A stretch of DNA of 48,752 bases from contig CAAGMF010000242.1 of the NCBI GenBank assembly GCA_900770895.1, positions 1 through 48,752 on the forward strand, read 5' to 3'. The translations under genes and the position numbers were made by a program. This document shows positions 30,338-39,244 of the stretch, in pieces. A model generated the notes under the pieces. It was given only the letters and a program-made list of their open reading frames with translations, was not told the DNA's origin and ran no database searches. Within the stretch, counting starts at the first letter, position 1. Each line of letters begins with the position of its first letter. This stretch comes from an uncultured Mitsuokella sp. (GTDB lineage: Bacteria > Bacillota > Negativicutes > Selenomonadales > Selenomonadaceae).

Positions 30338-31195
30338 ATGAATAAGCGCTTGAGAAATATCGTCGTTGCCGTTATTGTCCTGTTCTGTCTGGCGGCCGCA
30401 GCTTTGTATCATGTGGCGACCTCGGCTCCGCCGCAGGCCGTACCGGTACTGAACTATCATCAGATCAATGACCGCGATAACAATGCTCTGACGGTCCATA
30501 CGGACCAGTTCGAGAAGCAGATGAAGTATCTGCACGATAATGGCTATACGACCATAACGCCGGCGGAAATGATGGATGCCTGGCAGAATGGCACGCCGCT
30601 GCCTGAGAAGCCGGTCATCATCACATTCGACGACGGCTATATTGACAACTACAAGAACGCCTATCCCGTACTGCAGAAATACAATCTGCGGGCAACCATA
30701 TTCCTGATATCGGATTATCTCGGCGTATATCCGAACTATCTGACCTGGAGCGAGGCAGCGGACATGCAGGAGAGCGGGCTCATCGATTTCGAGAGTCATA
30801 CGCTGTCGCATATGGAGCTGTCAGAGGAAAAGGCCGGATCAAAAGCCGAGATCAAGAAACAGCTCGAGGATTCCAAGGCTGCCATTGAATGGCACCTCAA
30901 GAAGAATATCAACTTCATCGCATACCCCTGTGGCACCTATGATGAAGAGGTGGAGCAGATGACGAAGGATGCCGGCTATCGTGCTGCTTTCACGGTCAAC
31001 TACGGCCTCGCAGAGCCATCGAATAATCCGTTCGTCCTCGACCGCGTACCGATATTCGGCTGCAACTCGCATACGTATGCGCGCTTCGTGGCCCGATTGA
31101 AGTATGCGCCGCTGGTTGCTCCTCTGGAGAGATACCGGGCGAACCTCGTCAAGGGCGGTCATACGCTATTGGCCCGCTTCATACCGAACCCCTGA
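30338..31195 (+). CDS. Polysaccharide deacetylase (NodB-homology) family protein with an N-terminal TM anchor
   Basis: VLNYHQI, ITFDDGYIDNY, ATIFLI and ESHTLSH motifs. Confidence 0.85.
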   Translation: MNKRLRNIVVAVIVLFCLAAAALYHVATSAPPQAVPVLNYHQINDRDNNALTVHTDQFEKQMKYLHDNGYTTITPAEMMDAWQNGTPLPEKPVIITFDDGYIDNYKNAYPVLQKYNLRATIFLISDYLGVYPNYLTWSEAADMQESGLIDFESHTLSHMELSEEKAGSKAEIKKQLEDSKAAIEWHLKKNINFIAYPCGTYDEEVEQMTKDAGYRAAFTVNYGLAEPSNNPFVLDRVPIFGCNSHTYARFVARLKYAPLVAPLERYRANLVKGGHTLLARFIPNP

Positions 31196-31201
31196 GATCA
31201 A

Positions 31202-31231
31202 GGGAGACTGTGAACAGCAGCCTCCTTTTTT
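31202..31231 (+). terminator. Probable terminator after the deacetylase gene
   Basis: Imperfect GGAGACTG/CAGCCTCC stem followed by TTTTTT. Confidence 0.45.
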
Positions 31232-31272
31232 GTATTCCTGAGCCATCGCACCAGTGGATCGAACGCTGGCAC

Positions 31273-31300
31273 TTGACAATGAGGAATTCAGTGCTACAAT
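31273..31300 (+). promoter_or_regulatory. Candidate sigma70 promoter of the TetR gene
   Basis: TTGACA at 31273-31278, a 16-nt spacer and TACAAT at 31295-31300. Confidence 0.55.
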
Positions 31301-31304
31301 AATA

Positions 31305-31320
31305 ATTGAACATGTTCAAT
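31305..31320. promoter_or_regulatory. Palindromic operator candidate ATTGAACATGTTCAAT
   Basis: Perfect 16-bp palindrome beginning 5 nt after the -10 box. Its 14-bp core recurs at 32085-32098. Confidence 0.6.
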
Positions 31321-31368
31321 ATATAAAAACGTTTTCTATACGGAAGCATACACAGAGGAGGGAGACTC

Positions 31369-32025
31369 ATGAGAAAAATATCTCCCGAGCATACGAAGGA
31401 GATAAAGGAACGCATCCTGAATGCGACGAAGGACAGCCTGGTCCAGGATGGCTACCGCCGGACGACGATCCGGCATATCGTCGAGCGTTCCGGAGTTCTC
31501 ACGGGCAGCATCTATTATTTCTATCGCAATAAGGAAGAAATATTCCAGGACCTGTTCCGCAACATCATCCGCGAATGTATCGAGCGCATCGAAGCCTGCT
31601 GTGCCGATGAGACACCGGCGTTCCGCTATGCAGCGGTATGCGAGACCGAGCTGAAGACATTGTCCGAGGATAAGAATATCCGCGAAATCTATTACCAATG
31701 CTATAACTCGCCGCTCATATTCGAGACGTTCGTCCAGGCATTCGCTCGTCTGGCCAAGCGCGAATTCGGAGATGCTTTCACCGATGATGAATACTATCGC
31801 AAGGCGTTGCTGCTCAAGGGGGCCATGCATGGCTGCCTGGCCGAGATGTATTTCGATCATCCGGTAGATCTCGTAGCCAGCCGGAAGGACATAACGTGTG
31901 CAGTCCTGGTCTTGTTCAAGGTATCTGACGATGAGATAAAGGCCACCATACAGCGCATGCAGCAAAAAGGAGACCTTTGGGAACATATTGCAAGCGAACT
32001 CATAAATATTCCTCTGGCATTTTGA
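31369..32025 (+). CDS. TetR/AcrR-family transcriptional regulator
   Basis: N-terminal HTH ILNATKDSLVQDGYRRTTIRHIVERSGVLTGSIYYFYRNKEEIF. Strong GGAGGGAG RBS. Confidence 0.9.
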   Translation: MRKISPEHTKEIKERILNATKDSLVQDGYRRTTIRHIVERSGVLTGSIYYFYRNKEEIFQDLFRNIIRECIERIEACCADETPAFRYAAVCETELKTLSEDKNIREIYYQCYNSPLIFETFVQAFARLAKREFGDAFTDDEYYRKALLLKGAMHGCLAEMYFDHPVDLVASRKDITCAVLVLFKVSDDEIKATIQRMQQKGDLWEHIASELINIPLAF

Positions 32026-32043
32026 GATGAATGCTGGGGAGAT

Positions 32044-32075
32044 AAAGGGCAAGGGCATAGAGCCCTTTGTTTTTT
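32044..32075 (+). terminator. Terminator/attenuator after the TetR gene
   Basis: AAAGGGC (32044-32050) pairs with GCCCTTT (32062-32068), followed by GTTTTTT. Confidence 0.6.
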
Positions 32076-32084
32076 GACAGTCAC

Positions 32085-32098
32085 TTGAACATGTTCAA
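32085..32098. promoter_or_regulatory. Second copy of the palindromic operator core TTGAACATGTTCAA
   Basis: Perfect 14-bp palindrome identical to 31306-31319. It lies just downstream of a TTGACA at 32074-32079 and 18 nt upstream of the HlyD start. Confidence 0.6.
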
Positions 32099-32115
32099 AT
32101 AAAGAAAGGGTGGTA

Positions 32116-33138
32116 ATGATGCAGATAAGGAAAACAATCCCGGCTCTGAGTCTCTTGTTGCTGGCTCTGACGGCACTGCTGCTGTCAGGCTGCGGAGCGG
32201 CTGACAAGTCGCAAGCGGTCAGCTGGGGGCGGGCAGATGCCAAGGAAATCGATATCAACTCGAAGATATCCGGGCGCGTCGTCGAACTGCTCGTCAAAGA
32301 GGGCGACACGGTCAAGGCCGGTGACGTAATCGCGCGCATCGACCGGCGCTCGCTCGATGCGCAGCGCCTGCAGGCGGAAGCCGCGATAAAGAATATCGAG
32401 GCCCAGCAGCTGCAAGCGGGCGTCGTCACGACCATGCAGTCCGGGACGACGGCCTCCACGGTCGGTCAGGCTCGGGCAGCGCTCGATAAGGCACAGTCCG
32501 ATTTGTCGCTCGCCCAGGCTGACTATGTGCGCTATCGCGACTTGCTGGCGGACGGGGCAGTTTCCCAGCAGACCTATGACCAGTACGCTACGCGCTATGA
32601 GACGGCCCAGGCCGCTGCCAATCAGGCGCAGGCGGCTGTAGATGAGGCTGCCTCCGGTACGATGCAGGTCAGCGCTGACAAGGCGAAGGAGGAGGCCCTG
32701 GCCAAGCAGCTCGAGCAGGCTCAGGCTGCCCTGCAGGAAGTCGATGTGAATCTCGATGAGACGGAGATACGGGCCCCGTTCGATGGCGTTATCACCGAAA
32801 AATACATCGAAGAGGGATCTATGATATCGACGGGAACACCGCTCGTCGCCATACAGGACCCGACCGATAACTGGGTGGATATCAAAGTACCTGAGACCCA
32901 GTTGAAGGATTTCTCACTCGGTCAGGAGGTCGAGCTCATCGGCCGCGATGGCGAGACACGCGTGACCGGCACCGTGACCGATATCAGCAAGAAAGCAGAA
33001 TTCGCCACGCAGCGTGCCACGAGCGAACGGGCCGATGCCAGCGATATCATCAGCTTTAATGTCAAGATACAGGTCAACTCGCCCGCCCTATGGCCCGGCA
33101 TGAGATTCCGGCTGGCAACGGCTGGTGAGAAGTCATGA
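32116..33138 (+). CDS. HlyD-family membrane-fusion (periplasmic adaptor) protein
   Basis: Signal/lipobox-like LLLSGCG, a biotinyl-lipoyl-like segment GRVVELLVKEGDTVKAGDVIARID, a long alpha-hairpin and IRAPFDGVIT. The start may be 32116 or 32119. Confidence 0.85.
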   Translation: MMQIRKTIPALSLLLLALTALLLSGCGAADKSQAVSWGRADAKEIDINSKISGRVVELLVKEGDTVKAGDVIARIDRRSLDAQRLQAEAAIKNIEAQQLQAGVVTTMQSGTTASTVGQARAALDKAQSDLSLAQADYVRYRDLLADGAVSQQTYDQYATRYETAQAAANQAQAAVDEAASGTMQVSADKAKEEALAKQLEQAQAALQEVDVNLDETEIRAPFDGVITEKYIEEGSMISTGTPLVAIQDPTDNWVDIKVPETQLKDFSLGQEVELIGRDGETRVTGTVTDISKKAEFATQRATSERADASDIISFNVKIQVNSPALWPGMRFRLATAGEKS

Positions 33139-34337
33139 GCGGCACCAGGCAGCCGGGGTTATCCGGGTGGCTCCGCCAGTTCGCTGCCATATTCGGTGCC
33201 GAGATGCGGTATTTGATAAAAAGCAAGATATGCCTGATCAATATCGGAGTCCCGGTAGCCTTTGCCCTCCTGTTCGGTTGCGTCTACACCTACAACGTGG
33301 TCAATGACATACCGCTCTGCATCTATGATGAGGAGCAGAGCAACGTTTCCCGCCAGATTATAACGGCGTTTGGCGATTCCGACCGATTCACCATAACCGC
33401 GTATGTCCAGAGCGAGGAAGAGATGCGCGAGGCCATATACAGCGGCGAGGCCCGGGCTGCACTCGAGATACCGCAGGATTTCTCAAAAGATTTCAAGACG
33501 GGTGATACAGCGGATATCATGCTCATGGTCGATTCCGCGAACAATATGTTCGGCAATGCGGCCATAGCGGCAGCTCAGGAGATCGCACGCAGTCTCTGCG
33601 TATCGGTGGCCAACTCCGTCATGCAGAGCGCCGGCCTGCTGCCGCAGGAGGCACTCAATACGGTCTATCCCGTCCGCCTCGGCGTGCGTATACTCGGCAA
33701 TCCGGTCAATGGCTATACGGAATTCATGCTCGGCGGCCTCATGCTGAACGGCCTCCAGATTGGTCTTATGCTGGCACTGGCTCCGCTGCTCATCACGGAG
33801 TTGCAACGCCGTCAATGGCCGTCGGTACCAGTCTGGCTCCTCCTGCCGGCGAAAGTCATTCCCTACATATTGTGGAGTCTCGTCGGATTCACCATCGCCA
33901 TGCTGATCTGCATCTATGTTTTTGCCGTGCCGATGGTGGGGAACTGGCTCGACGCCTTCATCGATGCCACGGGCTTCCTGCTCTTCGTGGCGGGTGCCCT
34001 CATGCTGTTCTCCGCCTGCTCGCCGAGCCGGCCGCTCTCGCTGCAGATACCGATGCTCTACATCATGCCGGGCGTGCTGTATTCGGGTCTGTCTTGGCCG
34101 ACCTTCGATATGTCGAGCTACGCCTACATGTTCGGCAGCCTGCTGCCGATGAGCTATTCCGGTGATGTCCTGCGCGATATCATGCTGAATGGGTATTCGC
34201 CTGATCTTTGGCCGAATCTTGGCTGCATGTTGCTCGGTTGCCTCATCCCTGGCAGCCTCGGCGGGCTCATATTCGCCATCCGCCGCCATTTCCGAGAGAA
34301 ACACCGTGCCGCAGCAACGGCAGGGGAGGTGAGCTGA
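33135..34337 (+). CDS. ABC-2-type transporter permease (YbhS/YhhJ-like)
   Basis: N-terminal TM, a large extracytoplasmic domain and then 5 TM segments. An ATGA overlap joins it to the HlyD gene. Confidence 0.8.
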   Translation: MSGTRQPGLSGWLRQFAAIFGAEMRYLIKSKICLINIGVPVAFALLFGCVYTYNVVNDIPLCIYDEEQSNVSRQIITAFGDSDRFTITAYVQSEEEMREAIYSGEARAALEIPQDFSKDFKTGDTADIMLMVDSANNMFGNAAIAAAQEIARSLCVSVANSVMQSAGLLPQEALNTVYPVRLGVRILGNPVNGYTEFMLGGLMLNGLQIGLMLALAPLLITELQRRQWPSVPVWLLLPAKVIPYILWSLVGFTIAMLICIYVFAVPMVGNWLDAFIDATGFLLFVAGALMLFSACSPSRPLSLQIPMLYIMPGVLYSGLSWPTFDMSSYAYMFGSLLPMSYSGDVLRDIMLNGYSPDLWPNLGCMLLGCLIPGSLGGLIFAIRRHFREKHRAAATAGEVS

Positions 34338-34338
34338 G

Positions 34339-35472
34339 ATGAATATCCTTCGACTTTTGAAGCGCGAGTTCTGGCAGTCGCTGCACGATCCGCGGCGCAT
34401 CGGCTTCCTGTTTGCCGCCGGCGTGGCCTATCTCATCGTATTCGGTATGCTTTACTACCCGAATCTGGTAAAGAACATCCCTGCCGTCATCTATGACGAG
34501 GACAACTCGGCGCTGAGCCGTGAACTCATCAAAGACTTCGAAGCCAGCGACAGCTACAGCATCACCGCCTATGTATCATCTCAGGAGGAGATGCAGCAGG
34601 CTCTGCGGGATAAAACGGCTCTCGTCGCCATCGGCATTCCGAAAGACTTTGCGCGCCATGTCAAGACGGGCAGCCATTCAACCGTACTCTATATGGTGAA
34701 TGGCGCAAACATCATTGTGACGAATGTGACGAGCTCGGCGGCTCAGGATATCGTCAACAGCTTCTCGACCAAGGTCGCTGCAGAACGCGCTGCTCTTCGC
34801 CTCGGAGCCAATAAGGAAGCGATGGCGAAACATATCGCGCCTGTAACGGTGAACTATCGCGTACTCGACAATCCGACTCAGGGCTATGTGAAATTCTTCC
34901 TGCTCGGCCTTGCCTGCGTCGCCTTCCAGCAAGGGATATTCTTCGCTGTAGGAGCCAGTATCAGCTATGAGACCGAGCATCCGGACGAAGCTGCTGTGGC
35001 ACCCGCCTGGCAGCTCGTCCTAGCGAAACTGCTGTTCTATTGGTCACAGGCGGTCATCGCCTGGCTCATCATCGTGGCGCTCATCGAGGCGGTCGTCGGC
35101 CTGCCACTCCAGGCACCGCTGTGGCAGCTCCTGTCTCTGTCGCTGCTGTTCATAGCCGCCGCTATGGGGTTCGGCATGTTCGTTGCCAGCTGTTTCCGGA
35201 ATGAGATGCAGTTCCTGCGCGCCATCATTATGTATCCGGTCGCAGCCTTCATACTGTCAGGCTATACTTGGCCACTGGATTCGCTGCCACCTGTACTCCA
35301 GGACATCGCACACCTGTTCCCGCTGACCTGGTTCTCGAACAACGTCCGCCAGCTTTTCCTGGCCGGACACACGCCCGGACTGAGTACCAGCCTGACGGCA
35401 TTAGCAGTGATGGCTGCTTCGTATCTGGTCATTGCCATCCTGCTCTGCCGCTGGCGGTGGTGTCGGTCGTGA
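34339..35472 (+). CDS. ABC-2-type transporter permease (YbhR/YhhJ-like paralog)
   Basis: Same architecture as the preceding gene. It starts 1 nt after the upstream stop. Confidence 0.8.
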   Translation: MNILRLLKREFWQSLHDPRRIGFLFAAGVAYLIVFGMLYYPNLVKNIPAVIYDEDNSALSRELIKDFEASDSYSITAYVSSQEEMQQALRDKTALVAIGIPKDFARHVKTGSHSTVLYMVNGANIIVTNVTSSAAQDIVNSFSTKVAAERAALRLGANKEAMAKHIAPVTVNYRVLDNPTQGYVKFFLLGLACVAFQQGIFFAVGASISYETEHPDEAAVAPAWQLVLAKLLFYWSQAVIAWLIIVALIEAVVGLPLQAPLWQLLSLSLLFIAAAMGFGMFVASCFRNEMQFLRAIIMYPVAAFILSGYTWPLDSLPPVLQDIAHLFPLTWFSNNVRQLFLAGHTPGLSTSLTALAVMAASYLVIAILLCRWRWCRS

Positions 35473-35480
35473 ATCATTCA

Positions 35481-35510
35481 TCCTGTCCCGCCCGGGGCAG
35501 GATTTTTTTT
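35481..35510 (+). terminator. Rho-independent terminator after the ABC-2 operon
   Basis: TCCTGTCCC-GCCC-GGGGCAGGA followed by eight T. Confidence 0.8.
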
Positions 35511-35549
35511 CTGTACGACGAATGTATATGGAGAAATGGAGGGTCGATT

Positions 35550-36107
35550 ATGTATACTTTGAAAAATGATGTATTCCAGGGCAAACGCCCACAGATTGAT
35601 GAAGAAGCCTTCGTAGCGCCGCAGGTATTCCTGTCCGGCGATGTGCGTGTCGCACGCTATGCCAGCCTCTGGCCCGGCGTCGTCGCCCGGGGCGATGTGA
35701 ACTACATCTCCGTAGGTGAGTGCTCGAATGTCCAGGACCTCGTCTGCCTGCATGTCGCGGATGACGATCCCTGCATCATCGGTGACTATGTGACTATCGG
35801 TCACGGGGCGACCGTGCATGGCTGCGTCATCGAGGATCACGTCCTCATCGGCATGAATGCGACGGTCCTCACAGGAGCAAAGATCGGTCGTGGCTCAATC
35901 ATTGCCGCTGGTGCATTGGTAAAAGAAAATGCCGTCATCCCGCCGAATTCCCTCGTCGTCGGTGTCCCGGGCAAGATTGTCCGCACACAGGACCGTATGG
36001 ACAGCATCCATGCTCAGGCCATCAAATACAAGACGGAATGGGCCATCGGCTACGGCGTCTATCCTGAGATCGGCGGAGAGCTCTATCACGGGGAAAAGAT
36101 TATCTGA
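35550..36107 (+). CDS. Gamma-carbonic-anhydrase-family (hexapeptide repeat, YrdA/PaaY-like) protein
   Basis: Left-handed beta-helix repeats ...VARGDVNYISVGECSNVQD...ITIGHGATVHGCVIED.... GGAGGG RBS precedes ATG 35550. Confidence 0.9.
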   Translation: MYTLKNDVFQGKRPQIDEEAFVAPQVFLSGDVRVARYASLWPGVVARGDVNYISVGECSNVQDLVCLHVADDDPCIIGDYVTIGHGATVHGCVIEDHVLIGMNATVLTGAKIGRGSIIAAGALVKENAVIPPNSLVVGVPGKIVRTQDRMDSIHAQAIKYKTEWAIGYGVYPEIGGELYHGEKII

Positions 36108-36203
36108 GATGATATCTACGAGTATTTAAGCTGAAATAATTTACAACTGCTTGGAGAGCGATAATTACTGTTACAAAACACAGTGTATACAATTAAATAA
36201 TAC

Positions 36204-36232
36204 TTGCAATCAAGCGCCAAAAGTGTTAGTAT
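36204..36232 (+). promoter_or_regulatory. Candidate promoter of the pilin cluster
   Basis: TTGCAA at 36204-36209, a 17-nt spacer ending in TGT, then TAGTAT at 36227-36232 (extended -10-like), in an AT-rich spacer. Confidence 0.4.
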
Positions 36233-36272
36233 AAGCTTAATGATAAAACGCTTAGATGAAGAGGGCGCCCAC

Positions 36273-36785
36273 ATGCATGAATACCAGCCGGGGAAGTTCG
36301 GGCAGTCCGGATGGATGCTGCTCGAGGTCATGATCGTCACGATGCTCATGGGCATCGTGACCGTCGTGGCAATGCCCCGGCTGGCACGCATGTATGCAGA
36401 GGCGGCTACTGAGTATACAGCGCAATGCCTGCTGTCCGACATACGCTATGCCCAGACAATCAGCCGCACCGGCGTCCATCAGGCAGCGATCTATCATGAC
36501 CAGGATATCTACAGTGGCAGTTTGCTCATCGTCGAGATAAGTCCCGGCTACTACCGAGTGCGCATGGGTGCGTTCAATTACCTGATGAGTCATAAGCTGT
36601 TGCCATTCACACATGTTACCTGGGTACGGAGTTCGGGCGAAGACTCATACGGCGAGGTTTACTTCGCTAAAAATGGCAATCTCGTAAGTTCTCCGGTTAC
36701 CTTTCACATATACAATGATGCCGGTCCCCGCCGGGGCTGGCACCTCATGGTCAGCTCCGGTGCCCGCGTGCGCCTGGAGAGATAG
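36273..36785 (+). CDS. Prepilin-type minor pilin, GspH/FimT-like
   Basis: Leader ...GQSG followed by WMLLEVMIVTMLMGIVTVVA, with Gly at -1 and Glu at +5. C-terminal ...EVYFAKNGN... as in GspH/FimT-type proteins. Confidence 0.6.
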   Translation: MHEYQPGKFGQSGWMLLEVMIVTMLMGIVTVVAMPRLARMYAEAATEYTAQCLLSDIRYAQTISRTGVHQAAIYHDQDIYSGSLLIVEISPGYYRVRMGAFNYLMSHKLLPFTHVTWVRSSGEDSYGEVYFAKNGNLVSSPVTFHIYNDAGPRRGWHLMVSSGARVRLER

Positions 36786-36809
36786 GATGTATTTTTGAGA
36801 GGTGGTATC

Positions 36810-37229
36810 ATGCAAAAAAATGATGAGGCAGGCTTTACGCTGCTTAGTGTCCTGATCGCGGTCATGATCATCGGTGTGATGACGGCGATCGCGGTACCGC
36901 GGCTGTCAGCGATGATGACCCGGGCCAATACGGCCCGCATCCAGTCCGACCTGACGACAATCGATACCTCGATCGCGCTCTATCAGACAGAGAAAGGGAC
37001 AAATCCGAAGTCACTATCTGATCTGACGGAATATCTGCAGGACGCCGACAAGCTGAAACCGCCGGCAGGCAAGTGTTACATGCGTGGCAAGGCTGATCCT
37101 CAGCCGGTGCCAGAGGGCACTACATATGCGATTGGCGAAGGAACCACGAAGACCGGTGAGGTTCGGGCTACTTGCCTCGAGCATACCGCGAATGACTTCG
37201 TCCATGACACGACGTCCCAGACGAACTGA
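36810..37229 (+). CDS. Prepilin-type pilin, ComGC/GspG-like (major subunit candidate)
   Basis: MQKNDEAG followed by FTLLSVLIAVMIIGVMTAIAVP, then ...ARIQSDLTTIDTSIALYQTEKG..PKSLSDL, a GspG/ComGC-like pattern. Position +5 is Ser, not Glu. Confidence 0.7.
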   Translation: MQKNDEAGFTLLSVLIAVMIIGVMTAIAVPRLSAMMTRANTARIQSDLTTIDTSIALYQTEKGTNPKSLSDLTEYLQDADKLKPPAGKCYMRGKADPQPVPEGTTYAIGEGTTKTGEVRATCLEHTANDFVHDTTSQTN

Positions 37230-37278
37230 CACTATAGCAAAGCCGGCTTCGAGCCGGATATGACAAGGCAGCTTTTGA

Positions 37279-37758
37279 GTGAGTATGGATATGGATATCA
37301 TGAGGACAGTATTCCTGTTTACACTGATATGGCTGGGGATAGCTGATGTGCGGACAGGGCTGCTGGTCAATCGTATCGTGCTGCCACTGGGAGTCCTCGG
37401 ACTCCTGTGGCAGCTGTTTCATGTGTGCCAGCTGGATGCGGAGTGGGTTACGGTACTGGCTGGCGCGGCCGCAGGCGGTGGGAGCCTGTGGCTGCTGCGC
37501 CGCGTGACGCGCGGCGGTCTCGGGGGCGGCGATGTGAAGCTCGGCCTGGTCATGGGGATATGGCTGGGCTGTCCCGGGATATTCATCGCCCTGTTGGCAG
37601 CCTTCGTGCTCGGCGGATTCGTGGCAGCCGGACTGCTGCTCGGACGGCGCTGCACCGGTCGTGATGCTCTGCCTTTCGGCCCTTTCCTCGCGGCTGGCGG
37701 CTGGATCGCGGTTCTCGCGGGCCAATGGCTCTGGCAGGCCTATATGACACTGTTCTAG
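37279..37758 (+). CDS. Prepilin peptidase (A24 family, short form without methyltransferase domain)
   Basis: IADVRTGLL (first catalytic Asp region), GGGDVKLG and PFGPFL motifs. The start is ambiguous (GTG 37279 or ATG 37285/37291/37300). Confidence 0.8.
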   Translation: MSMDMDIMRTVFLFTLIWLGIADVRTGLLVNRIVLPLGVLGLLWQLFHVCQLDAEWVTVLAGAAAGGGSLWLLRRVTRGGLGGGDVKLGLVMGIWLGCPGIFIALLAAFVLGGFVAAGLLLGRRCTGRDALPFGPFLAAGGWIAVLAGQWLWQAYMTLF

Positions 37759-37790
37759 AGCGGATCATGAGTAGCATGGGAGGAAATTTC

Positions 37791-38237
37791 ATGCACGTAT
37801 CAGAAAGGGCTGCAGGCAGCGAGACAGGATTCTTCCTGCTGGAGACCATTATCATCGCACTGTTGGCGACGCTGGTGGCAGGAGGCGTATTCACCATATA
37901 TCAGGCGGCGCGTCTCAGCCGTCAGGATGGGGCACGCGAGGCCGGCATATTCCTGGCCCAGTCGCAGCTGGCCTACCTCGAATGGCAGGCCGACCATGGC
38001 GGCATCACGCCGGGGACAGTGCCGTGGCAGGGCGAGCCCAGCGACCTCACGGTGAACGATCTCCGATACGAGGTGAATGCCGTAGTGGTCGGATCGGCGT
38101 CTGCTGTCTCAGCCCCCGCGTACGATGTCGATGTATCTGTCAGCTGGGAGGGGGGAGGGCGCAATGGCCAGCTCAGCCTGCATCGTTTCATCGGCAGTCA
38201 CCGGCTGTCAGAGCAGACGCCGGCAACCGATGAGTAG
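37791..38237 (+). CDS. Prepilin-type minor pilin (GspI/PilV-like)
   Basis: ...SETG followed by FFLLETIIIALLATLVAGG (Glu +5). GGGAGGA RBS lies 6 nt upstream. Confidence 0.6.
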   Translation: MHVSERAAGSETGFFLLETIIIALLATLVAGGVFTIYQAARLSRQDGAREAGIFLAQSQLAYLEWQADHGGITPGTVPWQGEPSDLTVNDLRYEVNAVVVGSASAVSAPAYDVDVSVSWEGGGRNGQLSLHRFIGSHRLSEQTPATDE

Positions 38238-38799
38238 CGTACGCCGTACCGGCGAGCAGGGCTACCTGCTGCTCGAGCTGGCAACTGCCCTGCCGCTGAT
38301 CGGAATGCTGCTGGTGGGGCTGGGGCTGGCCGTAGTACTATGTGTACGCAGCTATATGCTGCTGAATGGCGACGAAGAGCTCCAGCAGGAGGTCGCCATC
38401 TGCATGCAGCGCATGGTGAATGATGCTCTCTGGGGCAACAGCATAGCTACGGACCAGAAGCAGCTGGCCACCATCAAGATCAACCAGACAGGAAATACAT
38501 TGGGCTATGGCTACGATGTACCGGCTGATTATCACGATGTCCAGCGCTACAGCGTGAACGGCAGCAAACTCGTCGATGGCGCTGCCTATGCGCCGATGAC
38601 GGGGGATAATGCCCTCGGCAGAGTCATCGTGGTGGAATTCCGCTGCGATGCTGTGGAGGGGAAGCCCGGTCTCTATCGTCTGAGCCTCACCTGCCGGAGC
38701 ATGGTCACACGGCGCACCTATACACTGACGACAGCAGTCTACGAGCCGGTTGCCCGGACATTTCAGGAGGAGGCGACACGCGATGCCGATCTACCGTGA
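38230..38799 (+). CDS. Prepilin-type minor pilin (GspJ/PilW-like)
   Basis: ...GEQG followed by YLLLELATALPLIGMLLVGLG (Glu +5). Its ATG overlaps the upstream stop. Confidence 0.55.
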   Translation: MSSVRRTGEQGYLLLELATALPLIGMLLVGLGLAVVLCVRSYMLLNGDEELQQEVAICMQRMVNDALWGNSIATDQKQLATIKINQTGNTLGYGYDVPADYHDVQRYSVNGSKLVDGAAYAPMTGDNALGRVIVVEFRCDAVEGKPGLYRLSLTCRSMVTRRTYTLTTAVYEPVARTFQEEATRDADLP

Positions 38800-39244
38800 T
38801 GAGCGGGGCATGGCGAGCTTCATCAGTCTCTGCATCATGCTGCTCGTCATCATGTTCGCCAGCGGGGTCGCTTATTTCGTCGGGCAGGGTCAGCGGAACA
38901 CACGGGAATATGTGCGTGAGACCGAGCTGCGTCTGGCTGCCGAGGGAGCTGTCGAGGAGTACGCCCTGCAGGTCATGGCGCAGCCGGAGCTCGTCAAGGA
39001 CATGAAGCGCGGTGGCGCTTTCAACCGTCTGCCGCCCCGCGAGGATACGGAGCGGGAAATCATCACGCAGATATCTGTTACGCCGGAGAATGATTTGCTC
39101 TATATCGCCGGTGTGAGCCGTGATACCGAGCAGCACCGCGGCGCTATGACCTGGAGGCGCATGGCGCTGGCGAAAGCCGAGTTGAAGGACGTCAATGCAG
39201 GCAAGGGGAGGGCACGATATGTCTGGCAGTCATGGCTTAAGTAA
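38783..39244 (+). CDS. Pilus-associated protein with an N-terminal TM helix (PilX/ComGG/GspK-position, no Glu +5)
   Basis: ...DERG followed by MASFISLCIMLLVIMFASGV. AGGAGGAGG lies upstream. The call rests on context only. Confidence 0.4.
   Translation: MPIYRDERGMASFISLCIMLLVIMFASGVAYFVGQGQRNTREYVRETELRLAAEGAVEEYALQVMAQPELVKDMKRGGAFNRLPPREDTEREIITQISVTPENDLLYIAGVSRDTEQHRGAMTWRRMALAKAELKDVNAGKGRARYVWQSWLK

Noticed and set aside
35268-35549. 94-codon N-terminal extension of the gamma-carbonic-anhydrase ORF
   Set aside because: The extension overlaps the 3' end and terminator of the ABC-2 operon. The family normally starts close to MYTLKND-type N-termini, and a GGAGGG RBS precedes ATG 35550.
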